In this document: one piece after another, positions 18,805 through 28,420 of the stretch
Position numbering within the stretch: the first letter of the stretch is position 1
How the letters are laid out: each line of letters opens with the position of its first letter
From: Candidatus Dormiibacterota bacterium
Lineage (GTDB): Bacteria; Chloroflexota; Dormibacteria; Aeolococcales; Bog-877
DNA: 64,000 bases
Direction of reading: 5' to 3'
Assembly: GCA_049279335.1 (NCBI GenBank)
Contig: JBAPNX010000007.1
Span: 7,013-71,012 of the forward strand
Notes under the pieces: generated by a model
Told to the model about the DNA's origin: nothing
What the model saw: only the letters and a program-made list of their open reading frames with translations
The model's database searches: none
Translations under genes and position numbers: made by a program

Positions 18805-19734
18805 CTACAGGGGTGACGTCCACCGGCGCCTACGGATGGTCGCGACCACGGCGCCCGCTCCCAGTAGGACCAGGCCACCGATGACCAGGAGCGCGCCGCC
18901 CTCGGTTCCCCCCGCGCCCGTGGTCGGCGTGCCGGTCCCGGGGCTCGGAGTTGGCGTGGGCGCCGCGAGGGCCGCAATGCAGGCCGATGCGTTGATGTGG
19001 TCATCGATGAGGGTGACGTCGCCGTTTCGCGCCAGCACCCTACCGTCCACCGTGACCGCTGAGCCGACTGTGATCGAGGTCAAGGCCAGGACGTTGCCCG
19101 CAAAGGTTGGGCCGTCCAGAGCCGCCGAGCTACCCACCTGCCAGAAGACGTTGCACGGCGAGGCGTCGTCGATCAGGGACACGGTGCTGCTCGTCCCGGT
19201 GGTCAGGCTCGATCCGGTCTGAAAGACAAAGACTGCGTCAGGGTTACCCTCCCCGTCCAAGGTGAGCGCGCCGCTGAGGCTGAGGGCGCCATCCGAGCTC
19301 GTCTGGTAGACGCCCGGATCCAGGGTCAGCCCGGTGAGATCGGCCGGCTCCGTCGTGGCAGACCCCTCTCCGGTAGCCGCCTGGTCGTAGGCAGTGGTCA
19401 GGTCGTTCTGGGCATCCAGCGCTACTCCATCCGCCGTGTAGGTGGTGGAAGGTGGCTCGACGATGGCCGGTGGGAAGCCCGTGACCGAAGCATCAGGGTC
19501 GACGCCCACGTCCCCAGAGATTGTGGTATTTCCGGTGCTCGTGACTGAGGTGCCCGCCAAAACTGCGAAGGGCGCGGCAGTCGCCAGATTAACAGCGGTA
19601 GCCGCCGCCGCGGAGATTCCCCCAAAGAGGGTCAACGCCGCGGCGAGCCCTAACGCGACAGCTGCTCCAGACCATCGGCGCACTCCCACCGCGCGCAGGC
19701 TTGGTCTAACGTTTCGCCGCAGCGTAGTAGCCAT
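18805..19734 (-). CDS. Secreted DUF3494 (ice-binding-like fold) protein with C-terminal membrane anchor
   Basis: 'LATAAPFAVLAGTSVTSTGNTTISGDVGVDPDASVTGFPP' DUF3494 signature; signal peptide; C-terminal Pro/Thr-rich linker + TM + RRRR tail. Confidence 0.6.
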   Translation of the reverse strand: MATTLRRNVRPSLRAVGVRRWSGAAVALGLAAALTLFGGISAAAATAVNLATAAPFAVLAGTSVTSTGNTTISGDVGVDPDASVTGFPPAIVEPPSTTYTADGVALDAQNDLTTAYDQAATGEGSATTEPADLTGLTLDPGVYQTSSDGALSLSGALTLDGEGNPDAVFVFQTGSSLTTGTSSTVSLIDDASPCNVFWQVGSSAALDGPTFAGNVLALTSITVGSAVTVDGRVLARNGDVTLIDDHINASACIAALAAPTPTPSPGTGTPTTGAGGTEGGALLVIGGLVLLGAGAVVATIRRRRWTSPL

Positions 19735-19989
19735 CAAGTTGCCTCCAGGGATGGGGCTCGAGGCTAGTCGCGCTCTCTCGTCTCGGACCAGGCTCACATT
19801 TGGCGCCTGCTATAAGAATGGACTTCCTGGAGCGGGCGTCGGTCCGCCAGCGTACTGACGCATTCCCTGGCACCTTCAGCGTCAGGCGTCCGTTGCCCAC
19901 ACGTCACACCCCCAAGCTCGGCCCGGAGTGATCGCGGACTGCCCGTGTGGCCAGGTGGTGCCCGCCAACCAGATACTGCGCCGGACTCG

Positions 19990-22134
19990 TCAGCCTCCCG
20001 GAGCGACGACCTTGGTCTTCTTCGCGGTCTGGAGGGCCTCCACCTCCAGGGGACGTCCGTACCAGTAGCCCTGGCCGAACTCAACGCCGAGCGACTTGAC
20101 AGTCTTAGCCTCGTCCCGAGTCTCCACACCTTCCGCTATTAGCTGGCAGTCAGTGTTTCGTGCAAAATGGCAGAGAGCCACGATCATGGCCTGACGCGCC
20201 AGGTCGGTGTCGACACCTCGAACCAGGCCGATGTCAAGCTTCACAAAGTCAGCCTGAAGATCGACGATGTGTGCGAAGTTGGTGAAGCCGGCGCCGGCGT
20301 CATCGACGGAGATCCGAGCTGGGCTGAGCTTGTGCAGCGCCTCACGCACGGCCACGTAGTCTGAGATCAGCTCATGCTCTGTGATTTCCAAGACCAGGGG
20401 TCGGTTCGCCTGGTCCAAGATCCCCCGGATCGCATCGAGGTGATGCAGCAGCCTTGGTGAGAGATTCACGCTAAGCCACCGACCGGGAGGCAGGTTTTTG
20501 GCGATGCGGACCGCGCGATCCAAAGTTGCTAGTTCGAGTTCAACTCCCGAGCCTATGCTCCAGGCGGCGGAGAACCGGGTATAGGGGGGGTCTCCGTCTG
20601 CGAACCGAGTCAGTGCCTCGTAGCCGACCACCCGGCCGCTGGCGAGCTCGACCACCGGCTGGAAGACTGGGTGAAAGGCCCCGCTCTTGACGATCACCTC
20701 GAGCCGAGCGCGGAGTTCCTCGGCCATCTGGTGTGCGTGCAGATCTACACCCAGGAGGGCACTGGCAACGGGGGCAAACTCGGCGATCACCGGCAGTGTT
20801 TGGTAACCGCTGTCCTCCGCCTCCCGCCCAAGCGAGCCAACCGCCAGAAATCCCAGGGTCCTGTCGGCGTAGCGAATCGGAGCGTAGGAGATGCTCTGGA
20901 GCCCAGCTTTCGACAAGGACGGGCCATAACCGCCATCCTCAAGCCGTTCCTTCCAGAGCTCCACCCACGGTCCCATGGAGGCACGCTTTCTGAGGTAGGC
21001 GCTTCGGACGGATGGCGTCGGTGCGAGTAGATCCTCTCGGATCTCCTCAGGAGCGTCACTGGCGAGAACCGTGGTCTCGCCGGAGACGCTGAAGGCCACC
21101 ACCAGCGCCAGGTCAACGCCGCGCAGACCCCGGAGTTCCCTGCAGATCGCCAGTGCGGTCTCCTCCGTGGAACCACCCGGCTGCAGTCTTGCGATTCCTT
21201 CGGCGGCCCCCGCACGTTCCCGCAGCACCCTCTCGAGCTCAGTTTGCGCAGCCCTGCTCTGGCCGACGTCTTGGCCCAAGATGGCAGCCCCGACGTTCGC
21301 CCCATAGCGATCTCGCAGCATAGTGGCGCTGACCGCGACTAGATGACTATGCCCCGTGCGGGTAACGAGTTCAGTGGTACTGACCCCGTCGAGACTGCCG
21401 AACCAGAGTCCGAGCGAGAGTTCCCGCTCCTGAGCGGGGGAATAGGCGCTGGGGAAGAGGTCGACCAGTGGTCGACCCACGAGCTCCTCGAGACTCCATC
21501 CGGTCAGGGCGCTGAGCGCCGTGTTGGCGTATGAGATCCGCCCATCGCGATCGACCGTCGCGACCAGAAGGTCGAAGCGCGCCACCATTTGACCGTACTC
21601 ATCACCCGCCAACGGGCCATTGCCGGCGCCTCGGACCACTGCGAGAATCCGTCCATCCCCAAGCCGGCGCTGACTGATTTCAACTTGGATAAGGGAGCCA
21701 TCCTTGCGGCGATAGCGAGCCTGTGCGGTCAGAGACTTGTCAGCCCGAGTGGCGGCGATACGACTTCGCTGTGCCGCTCTCTCATCAGGGGCAACCAGCT
21801 TGGAGACGGAGGCCCCGATTAGCTCTGACCGCTCATACCCGGTCAAGTGCAGCGCGCCCGCGTTGACGTCGATGATTCGGTGGGTTCGACCATCGGCCAG
21901 AAAGATCCCGTCCGTGGTTTGGTCGGCCAGGATCCGATATCGGGCTTCTCCGTCCAGGAGGTCGGCTATGACGGTCTTTGGGCGCGCTCGGGGCACACGC
22001 TTTGCCTTCTCGGGTGGCGCTCCGTCCCGGCGCGCGGTCCGATCGAGGGAAGCATCGCGTCTCGAGTTGTGAAGGCGGCCGGGCAACTGGCTCGAGCTAC
22101 CCATGAGGGCCAAGCGTGGGCGACGATGACGCAC
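19990..22134 (-). CDS. PAS/PAC sensor - EAL domain c-di-GMP phosphodiesterase
   Basis: 714 aa; two PAS blocks, then an EAL domain with 'YEALTRF', 'DDAGAGF', 'EGVET' motifs; no GGDEF. Confidence 0.85.
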   Translation of the reverse strand: MRHRRPRLALMGSSSQLPGRLHNSRRDASLDRTARRDGAPPEKAKRVPRARPKTVIADLLDGEARYRILADQTTDGIFLADGRTHRIIDVNAGALHLTGYERSELIGASVSKLVAPDERAAQRSRIAATRADKSLTAQARYRRKDGSLIQVEISQRRLGDGRILAVVRGAGNGPLAGDEYGQMVARFDLLVATVDRDGRISYANTALSALTGWSLEELVGRPLVDLFPSAYSPAQERELSLGLWFGSLDGVSTTELVTRTGHSHLVAVSATMLRDRYGANVGAAILGQDVGQSRAAQTELERVLRERAGAAEGIARLQPGGSTEETALAICRELRGLRGVDLALVVAFSVSGETTVLASDAPEEIREDLLAPTPSVRSAYLRKRASMGPWVELWKERLEDGGYGPSLSKAGLQSISYAPIRYADRTLGFLAVGSLGREAEDSGYQTLPVIAEFAPVASALLGVDLHAHQMAEELRARLEVIVKSGAFHPVFQPVVELASGRVVGYEALTRFADGDPPYTRFSAAWSIGSGVELELATLDRAVRIAKNLPPGRWLSVNLSPRLLHHLDAIRGILDQANRPLVLEITEHELISDYVAVREALHKLSPARISVDDAGAGFTNFAHIVDLQADFVKLDIGLVRGVDTDLARQAMIVALCHFARNTDCQLIAEGVETRDEAKTVKSLGVEFGQGYWYGRPLEVEALQTAKKTKVVAPGG

Positions 22135-22413
22135 TTTGTGGTTACCGATTCATCACGGACCCAACTCAAGGCTGGGACGACATGCAGCCCAACCCAAAGC
22201 GTAAATTGCAGCAGGCCCAGCCCACGCAGTGCGCGGTAGGTTCGCCACCGTACAAAAGCCTTGTGAATACATCGCCTGGCATTGCTGGGAGGCGGCGAGC
22301 GGCGTTCTCGAGTGCACCTGGTGCGCCGTGATGAGAGCCCATGCTGTGTGCACGTAGTCACACCCTCGAGCACGCTAGGTTCCCGCTGGGATCAGGCCTA
22401 ATGGGATGAGCTT

Positions 22414-23118
22414 GTGAGCCGTTATGGCGACGTCGGGACTTTCGATGCCCGAGCGGCGGGCTACGAGACGGGATGGCGGGGCGACCTTCACCACCGAATC
22501 GCCGATCGCACCGCAGAAATCGCCACGCTTACCGCTCCGGCGCCTTTGAGGATTCTCGATGTCGGATGTGGCACGGGATTTCTACTTCGCCGGCTGGCCG
22601 ACGACTACCCCAACGCGCTCCAGTTGGTCGGCATTGATCCCGCACCGAGGATGATCGCGGAGGCGAGGAGGTCGACAGCTGGCCTTCCGCGCCTGACATT
22701 CCTGACCGGAGTCGCCGAACGCTTGCCCTTGGCGGATGGGACGTTCGACCTAATCGTCAGCAGCACTTCCTTCGACCACTGGGCGGATCAGAGGGCGGGC
22801 CTTGCCGAACTTGCTCGAGTCATGACCCCAGCTCGAGTCATGACCCCAGTTGGACACCTAGTCATCACCGACCTCTTCTCCGCACTCCGTCTGCCCACTC
22901 TCTTGGCCAGTCATCGTGGTCGCGCTCGGACTGTGGGCCGGGCCAGCGCCGTGCTCAGGGGGGCCCGGCTTCAGATCGATCAGATGGCACAATCTCAGCG
23001 GTATTCTGCCGCTGGCGGGATGGCTCATCCGATCCGTTACGGCTACCGCGTAAAGCACCTATCCCCGTGGATTGGCTTCGACATCGCCACCCACTCTCGT
23101 GGTGCCCGACCACGCTAG
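22414..23118 (+). CDS. Class I SAM-dependent methyltransferase (type 11)
   Basis: 'ILDVGCGTGFLLRRLA' motif I; contains an in-frame 18-bp perfect tandem duplication (ARVMTP x2). Confidence 0.7.
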   Translation: MSRYGDVGTFDARAAGYETGWRGDLHHRIADRTAEIATLTAPAPLRILDVGCGTGFLLRRLADDYPNALQLVGIDPAPRMIAEARRSTAGLPRLTFLTGVAERLPLADGTFDLIVSSTSFDHWADQRAGLAELARVMTPARVMTPVGHLVITDLFSALRLPTLLASHRGRARTVGRASAVLRGARLQIDQMAQSQRYSAAGGMAHPIRYGYRVKHLSPWIGFDIATHSRGARPR

Positions 23119-23194
23119 CCAAGGTGCGGTCACTCATTTAAGGATCGACCACCCCCGCCGCGCTCGGGCAACCCAGGGTGCCGCTATGGCTTGG

Positions 23195-23476
23195 CTAGGC
23201 GGGTGGGGCTTCGAACGGGATTAGCTGGTCCACGATCTCGCGGAGAGTCCTGGCGGCTCGCTCCAGCTCGTCAGCGGCGATGCGCACCCGCACGCGCAGC
23301 CGCTGCGGCTCGGCCAGGGCGCAGGTGCTGCATACGTGGTACTTCTGCCCCTCGGTGTCGTCAAAGGCGTAATCCCAGCCCCGCTCGGCTCCCAAACAGA
23401 GTACGCAGGGGGTCAGGAAGAGCCCTTTCCCCTGCCGACGGTCGACATAGATGTGGTAGGGCTCGTGCAAGCTCAT
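23195..23476 (-). CDS. Small Cys-rich protein (putative zinc ribbon)
   Basis: 93 aa with CxxC...C..C arrangement ('CVLCLG', 'CSTCAL'). Confidence 0.35.
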   Translation of the reverse strand: MSLHEPYHIYVDRRQGKGLFLTPCVLCLGAERGWDYAFDDTEGQKYHVCSTCALAEPQRLRVRVRIAADELERAARTLREIVDQLIPFEAPPA

Positions 23477-23726
23477 GGCTGCCTATCGTAAGGATTCCCA
23501 ACTGGGGTCCGCGCCCCGGCTGCCTCGTCGCGGGTTCCTTTCGTGGCCGTCCGACTCAATCGGTATCGGGACGGTTCTGGGTCGGGATCCGCCAGACCGG
23601 GTTGGCTCTCACCGCTCGCCGCCATGCCTTGCGCTTTAGCCTGATGCTCCGGCGGCCCATCTCCCCGGGTCGTGAAATTCGGACCCTCCCCGATCTTGGG
23701 GTTGGAGCACCTCGATACGAACGAAA

Positions 23727-23762
23727 GAGGGCGAACCCACCGGGGGCTCGCCCTCTTTTTTT
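23727..23762 (+). terminator. Rho-independent terminator (hairpin GAGGGCGAACCC-ACC-GGGGCTCGCCCTC + T7)
   Basis: GC-rich stem-loop directly followed by TTTTTTT on the + strand; the complementary side gives a weaker U-tract for the converging minus-strand gene. Confidence 0.6.
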
Positions 23763-23769
23763 GATCGGT

Positions 23770-24378
23770 TCAGCCAGCCGGGTTGAACGCTCCCTTCCGG
23801 GCCGCTGGAGCGAACACTTCCTTTTCGACCGGTACCTGACGCATGTGCGCGAATCCAAAGACTGACAGTACCAACATCAGGCCTGCCAGCACGAAGGAGA
23901 TGATTGAGGCCAGGAAGGCGATGCTTCCCAACGTCCCGAAGGCGTAAGCCTGCAAAAGCATGCTCCGCAGCGTGGTACCGCGGAAGACGGTCTGCACTTC
24001 GGCCGCTAGCGCAGCGTTGGTTGGGTTGGCCATTGACGCAGCGCTGACTTTCGAGTAGACGCCGCTGTATGGCATCTCAGAGAGGTGAACTGCGATGAAG
24101 TGGTCGGCGTAGGCCTCCGCCTGTGCGCCGGTGAGAACCTCCTGCCCCGCGTACTTGAGAAGGTAGGGCTTCATTCCTGGCGTGATCTCGGTTCCTGCCT
24201 TGGCGTGCGCAAATGCCGCCGCCGCGGGGAAGTAAATGGCCTGCTTGGCCAGTTGGTTGTGTACCTGATTGGTGGTGAAGACCGCGCCCCACATCAGCAA
24301 TGCCCCCGCCACCACGAGAGTCAGCGTCAACAGCAAACCAACTCCAGAAGTGATTAGGTCGAAAGTCCTGCGCCTCAT
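23770..24378 (-). CDS. Membrane protein (two TM, hypothetical)
   Basis: 202 aa; N- and C-terminal hydrophobic helices. Confidence 0.45.
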   Translation of the reverse strand: MRRRTFDLITSGVGLLLTLTLVVAGALLMWGAVFTTNQVHNQLAKQAIYFPAAAAFAHAKAGTEITPGMKPYLLKYAGQEVLTGAQAEAYADHFIAVHLSEMPYSGVYSKVSAASMANPTNAALAAEVQTVFRGTTLRSMLLQAYAFGTLGSIAFLASIISFVLAGLMLVLSVFGFAHMRQVPVEKEVFAPAARKGAFNPAG

Positions 24379-24849
24379 GATGCTCCTCCAAATATTCCTA
24401 GCCGCTCAGCGGCCCAAGTTCATGAAACTCAGTCTGCGCTGCGAGCTGTATTGGCGACAGCGGGCTATCACCGCTGGCTCGACGGGTGTTTTCACCTAGT
24501 CAGACTTGCGGCCAAGGTGCAAGCTGCCCCGGCCGATCTCACGGCGGTCAGCTCAGGGTTCGCGCGGACGGTGGCGGAGGCCGCAAGCCACGTCCATGCC
24601 TCCCGGGTTTGTCAGGAATGCGAGGGCGAACCCGAGCAAACGGTCGTGCGCGAGATGGCCGGGGAGGCCCAATCACCACTCGCGATCTTGGCACCCCGCC
24701 CCTCACGGGTGCGTGGGGCCGACTTTGCCCCATCCGAGTCCATATGATGCCTTAGGCATGTGGCCGGTACTCGGGGCCCCATGCCTCAGTGCGCGGTATC
24801 TAAGGAATACTCGGCCCGAGTGGTCGGCCCAGACTAGGGGAGGTGACTC

Positions 24850-25023
24850 ATGAACCAGCCAGCGCCGTACCTGCACTGGGGCTTCATCCTGATATCGCTG
24901 CCCAATCTCGTCTTGATCTTGGTGATGATCGCCATATTCATCCTGGCCCTGGCCCTGCCATTCCCGGGCCGCCGCCAGCGCCGTCGAGCCTACGAGGAGC
25001 GGGACCATGACAGCCAAGCCTGA
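24850..25023 (+). CDS. Small (57 aa) membrane protein, translationally coupled to cytochrome b
   Basis: Strong RBS GGGGAGGTG 6 nt upstream of ATG 24850; single TM 'GFILISLPNLVLILVMIAIFILALAL'; stop overlaps the start of the next gene. Confidence 0.45.
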   Translation: MNQPAPYLHWGFILISLPNLVLILVMIAIFILALALPFPGRRQRRRAYEERDHDSQA

Positions 25024-25675
25024 ACCCCAGGCTTCAATGCCCGAGCCGGCTTCGGAGTCGATGCTGGAGAACCAGCGCAGTTGGACTCTGAGAATGCGTC
25101 AGCTAATCCTGCGCGAGCTGCCGCCCGAACATCTGCTGCCCGACCGTGAGCCCGCCTATGTCGGGTCCTGGGTCTACGTGTTCGGCTCGGTGGCGCTCGC
25201 GGCCTTCATCCTTGTGGTCGCCAGTGGCGTCCCTCTCGCCTTCTTCGGGCCGCAGTGGTGGCAGGTCTCCCCGCAGGGCCACTTCTTCAACAGCCTCCAT
25301 TTCTGGAGCACCCAGATGTTCTTTCTCTTCATGGTGCTCCACCTTTGGGGCCAGTTTTTCGCTGCCAGCTGGCGCGACGGTCGGGCGGCCACTTGGATGA
25401 TCGGGGTGGTAATCTTCCTAGCCACATTGGTCACCGCTTTCACTGGCTACCTTGTTCAGCAGAACTTTGACAGCCAGTGGATAGCCGTCAATGCCAAGGA
25501 CGCCATCAACGCGATCGGTGTGGGAGCTTTCTTCAACGTGCTCAACTTTGGCCAGATGTTTGGCTTCCACGTTGTCATCTTTCCGCTTGCCGTCGCCGCA
25601 CTGATAGCGCTCCACATCGTGTGGGTTCGGCGCCGAGGCGTGGTCAAACCGATTGAGAGCGACGTCCAGCCATGA
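25007..25675 (+). CDS. Cytochrome b6-like (cytochrome b N-terminal domain, bis-haem, 4 TM)
   Basis: 222 aa; His ligand pairs in 'LHFWSTQMFFLFMVLHLW' and 'FHVVIFPLAVAALIALHIVW'. Confidence 0.8.
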   Translation: MTAKPEPQASMPEPASESMLENQRSWTLRMRQLILRELPPEHLLPDREPAYVGSWVYVFGSVALAAFILVVASGVPLAFFGPQWWQVSPQGHFFNSLHFWSTQMFFLFMVLHLWGQFFAASWRDGRAATWMIGVVIFLATLVTAFTGYLVQQNFDSQWIAVNAKDAINAIGVGAFFNVLNFGQMFGFHVVIFPLAVAALIALHIVWVRRRGVVKPIESDVQP

Positions 25676-26664
25676 GCCGCAAGCGATGGGATCAAACCGC
25701 CTACTACAACAGGGTCCCCACGGCTCCGTACGACCTGGTCAAGGAGGTCGCGATCGCCCTGGTCGTGATGTTCGCGGTCGTGCTGGTCCTCTCAGCGGTG
25801 CTCTCCTCTCCTGATGTGCCTCCCGTAACCATCCGCAGCTGGGCTCGCCAGGACCCCATCGATTTTCTGACCACCGCCACTGGCGAGCTCCAGGGCACGA
25901 CTATCAGCGCCGCCTACGGACCCCCGTACAACAGCGGTAACGGCTCGGTCCAGACTTGGGGTCCGCTGGCACCACAACTCTGGGCCGGTGTCCACCTGCC
26001 CGTGGATGCCGCCGCGGTCGATGTGCTTTCCCCCCTTCATATCGCCAGCGTGGGCAAGCCGGCCTTGGGGCTCGCTCTGACCAGTTATGGCGATGCGGGC
26101 AGTGTTCAGCAGCAGAGCTGGCTCAGCAACTACGCGAAGGCTCTCGGACATGCGCGTCTCATCGACGGTCAAGTCCTAGTGCCAATACGAGGGTACGGCC
26201 CAGTCGGGACGATGATGCAGAGCTTGCTCGGCGTTGCCCGCAGCGGTGGCTTGGACGCTCTCCTCATGACCAGCGGACGCTTCTATGAGACCGACTACAC
26301 CCGGGCACTGCTCTTCCTGAGCGATGGCAGCTACATCGTCAACCTAGCGACCCAGCAGGACCTCGAAGGTTCGCAATGGGGAACGATGAACGAGACCGGC
26401 CGTTACCCCGGGCAGGCCTGGCTGTGGCTGTACACCCTCTGGTACCAGATCCCTCCGTACAGCACTGCGACCAACGCGGATTTGCTGGTCATTCTGACGA
26501 TGGGATTTCTCACCACCCTGCTGCTGCTAACGCCCTTCATACCGGGCCTGCGCGACATTCCTCGTTGGATTCCTGTCTATCGGCTGATCTGGCGCGAGCA
26601 CTACCAGTTCAGCGCGGGCTCGAAGCACACCGAACCACCGCGTCCTAGCGACGCCAGCTCCTAA
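25672..26664 (+). CDS. Subunit-IV-like partner of cytochrome b (cytochrome b C-terminal domain) with a ~200-aa extracytoplasmic insertion
   Basis: ATGA overlap with cyt b; the N-terminus 'YYNRVPTAPYDLVKE' + TM resembles the PetD/subunit IV start, and a C-terminal 'PPYS...LLVILTMGF' helix is present; no CxxCH. Confidence 0.5.
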   Translation: MSRKRWDQTAYYNRVPTAPYDLVKEVAIALVVMFAVVLVLSAVLSSPDVPPVTIRSWARQDPIDFLTTATGELQGTTISAAYGPPYNSGNGSVQTWGPLAPQLWAGVHLPVDAAAVDVLSPLHIASVGKPALGLALTSYGDAGSVQQQSWLSNYAKALGHARLIDGQVLVPIRGYGPVGTMMQSLLGVARSGGLDALLMTSGRFYETDYTRALLFLSDGSYIVNLATQQDLEGSQWGTMNETGRYPGQAWLWLYTLWYQIPPYSTATNADLLVILTMGFLTTLLLLTPFIPGLRDIPRWIPVYRLIWREHYQFSAGSKHTEPPRPSDASS

Positions 26665-27457
26665 ACTGAACGGCCCACGAGCTGTGTGGATCAGGCGATC
26701 CCGATGGGCTCTGGCCACGATAGACACGGCTGAGATGGCGGGCAGCCGGCGGTCGCCGCTGACGACCGAGTGCTAGCGGCGTTTGGTACTGGTCTTGAGA
26801 TTGCCGTCCAGAAGGTCCGCGGGCGCAACTTCCAACTCGATCAGGCGCTCCACGCGAAGTGGTTGGCCGATCCGATTCCCCGGTCGTTGATGATTTTCCA
26901 CCGTGACCGAGACCACATCCAGGGCCTGCGTCGCTTGGCGGATCAGAGGTTCCACCGTCTGGCGCTACTCCGCAGCGAGTGGTGGCTGAGGCTCTCCTGG
27001 AGAGGGACTGCAGCCGCCACCAAGGGGCTGAAAAGAGCGCCCCGCCCGACCTCGTCGAGGCCGCAGGCACCTGGGCCGACCAGTTGCCAGGCTGGTGAGT
27101 TCGCGCGGCGGGCGAACCCGCGTCTAAGCACCACCGAGGGGTCCAGGCGACCGAGGCGGTGCTTCATATCCTCGGCCGCGAGCCCCGGCCTTAGACCTGC
27201 CCCCCACTCTCCCAACTAGAGAGGGCTGCAGTAGCGCCTATATGGCGACACCGGTGCTGGTTATCTACTCCGAGTGGACGCGACCGAGTGTTTCTCCCAT
27301 GCATGAGGCAGGGGTATGCCGACCACGCGAACGATTTCACGTGTCCCGATTGGGGGGGTAACACGGTGGTACTGGCCCCAAGCGGGGCGCATGGTCACAG
27401 GCAGGAAGGCCCTGACAAGGCGGCCGGGACCGCAGGTTTCGACAACAGAGGTGTCCC

Positions 27458-28264
27458 ATGACGAGTTCAGCCACGATCGCTGCCGATAAGACTGCTGTGG
27501 TGCTTCTCGAGCCCCAGAACGACTTCCTCTCTCCCGGCGGCACGCTCTACGCCTTCATCAAGGATGAGACCCTTCGCAAGGGTGTGGTTGACAACTTGGC
27601 GGCATTGCTGGCAGGAGCGCGCGAGAGGGGTGTCAAGGTCATATACGTGCCCTTCCGCCCGCTCGAGAGAGGAGGCGTGGGCACCAGACTGAGCGGGACT
27701 GGGCACTCCGCGCAGGGGGCGACTCTGATGCTCAGCCGCATCGAGCAGATCCGAGAACGCCATCAGATCGCCTACCGCGATGAGGGCGCCGTCTGCCTCG
27801 AATGCGGTCATTACTGGCCCTGCGATACCGCTGTAGCGCTGGAAGAGATTGGCGCCCTTCGGCAGCGGAACGCCGTTTTAGACACCGACGGACTGGACGG
27901 CCCGGAGGTGGTTCCCCAGCTGAGACCCAGGACGGGCGACCTCATCATCGAGGGCAACAAGACACTGGACGCCTTCCACTCCACGGCGCTCAACCATTTG
28001 CTGCACGCGAATGGCATCGAGTACTTGGCATTCGCTGGTTTCCACACCAACTGGTGCGTCGAGTCGACCGCGCGCTCGGCCTATGACGAGGGCTATCACG
28101 TGATCGTGGTGTCCGACTGCACCGGGGCCGACACCGAGGAAGAGCAGCAACACGCGCTGCGGTTCATCTTCCCCAAGATCGGCCAGGTTATGACAGCGGC
28201 GGAGTTTCTGGCGGTAGTGGAATCACCGATTGGGGTTCCTTCCGGTATGTCGTTCCTAAGCTGA
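27458..28264 (+). CDS. Isochorismatase-family cysteine hydrolase with Cys-rich insertion
   Basis: Catalytic triad context 'VVLLEPQNDF', 'HTNWCVESTAR'; ~80-aa insert containing 'CLECGHYWPC'. Confidence 0.7.
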   Translation: MTSSATIAADKTAVVLLEPQNDFLSPGGTLYAFIKDETLRKGVVDNLAALLAGARERGVKVIYVPFRPLERGGVGTRLSGTGHSAQGATLMLSRIEQIRERHQIAYRDEGAVCLECGHYWPCDTAVALEEIGALRQRNAVLDTDGLDGPEVVPQLRPRTGDLIIEGNKTLDAFHSTALNHLLHANGIEYLAFAGFHTNWCVESTARSAYDEGYHVIVVSDCTGADTEEEQQHALRFIFPKIGQVMTAAEFLAVVESPIGVPSGMSFLS

Positions 28265-28420
28265 AGGCAGCAGCTCAGTCGGCCGTAGGATGGGGCACTG
28301 CGGTCGACTGGCCAAGGTCGTATAGGAGACGGGGCAGCCGCCTAACCTCGATCTCGCCCACGGTCCGACCGAACCCGGGCCGCGTCGGCCTGAGCGACCC
28401 CGGAGTGGTCCGGCCCCTAG

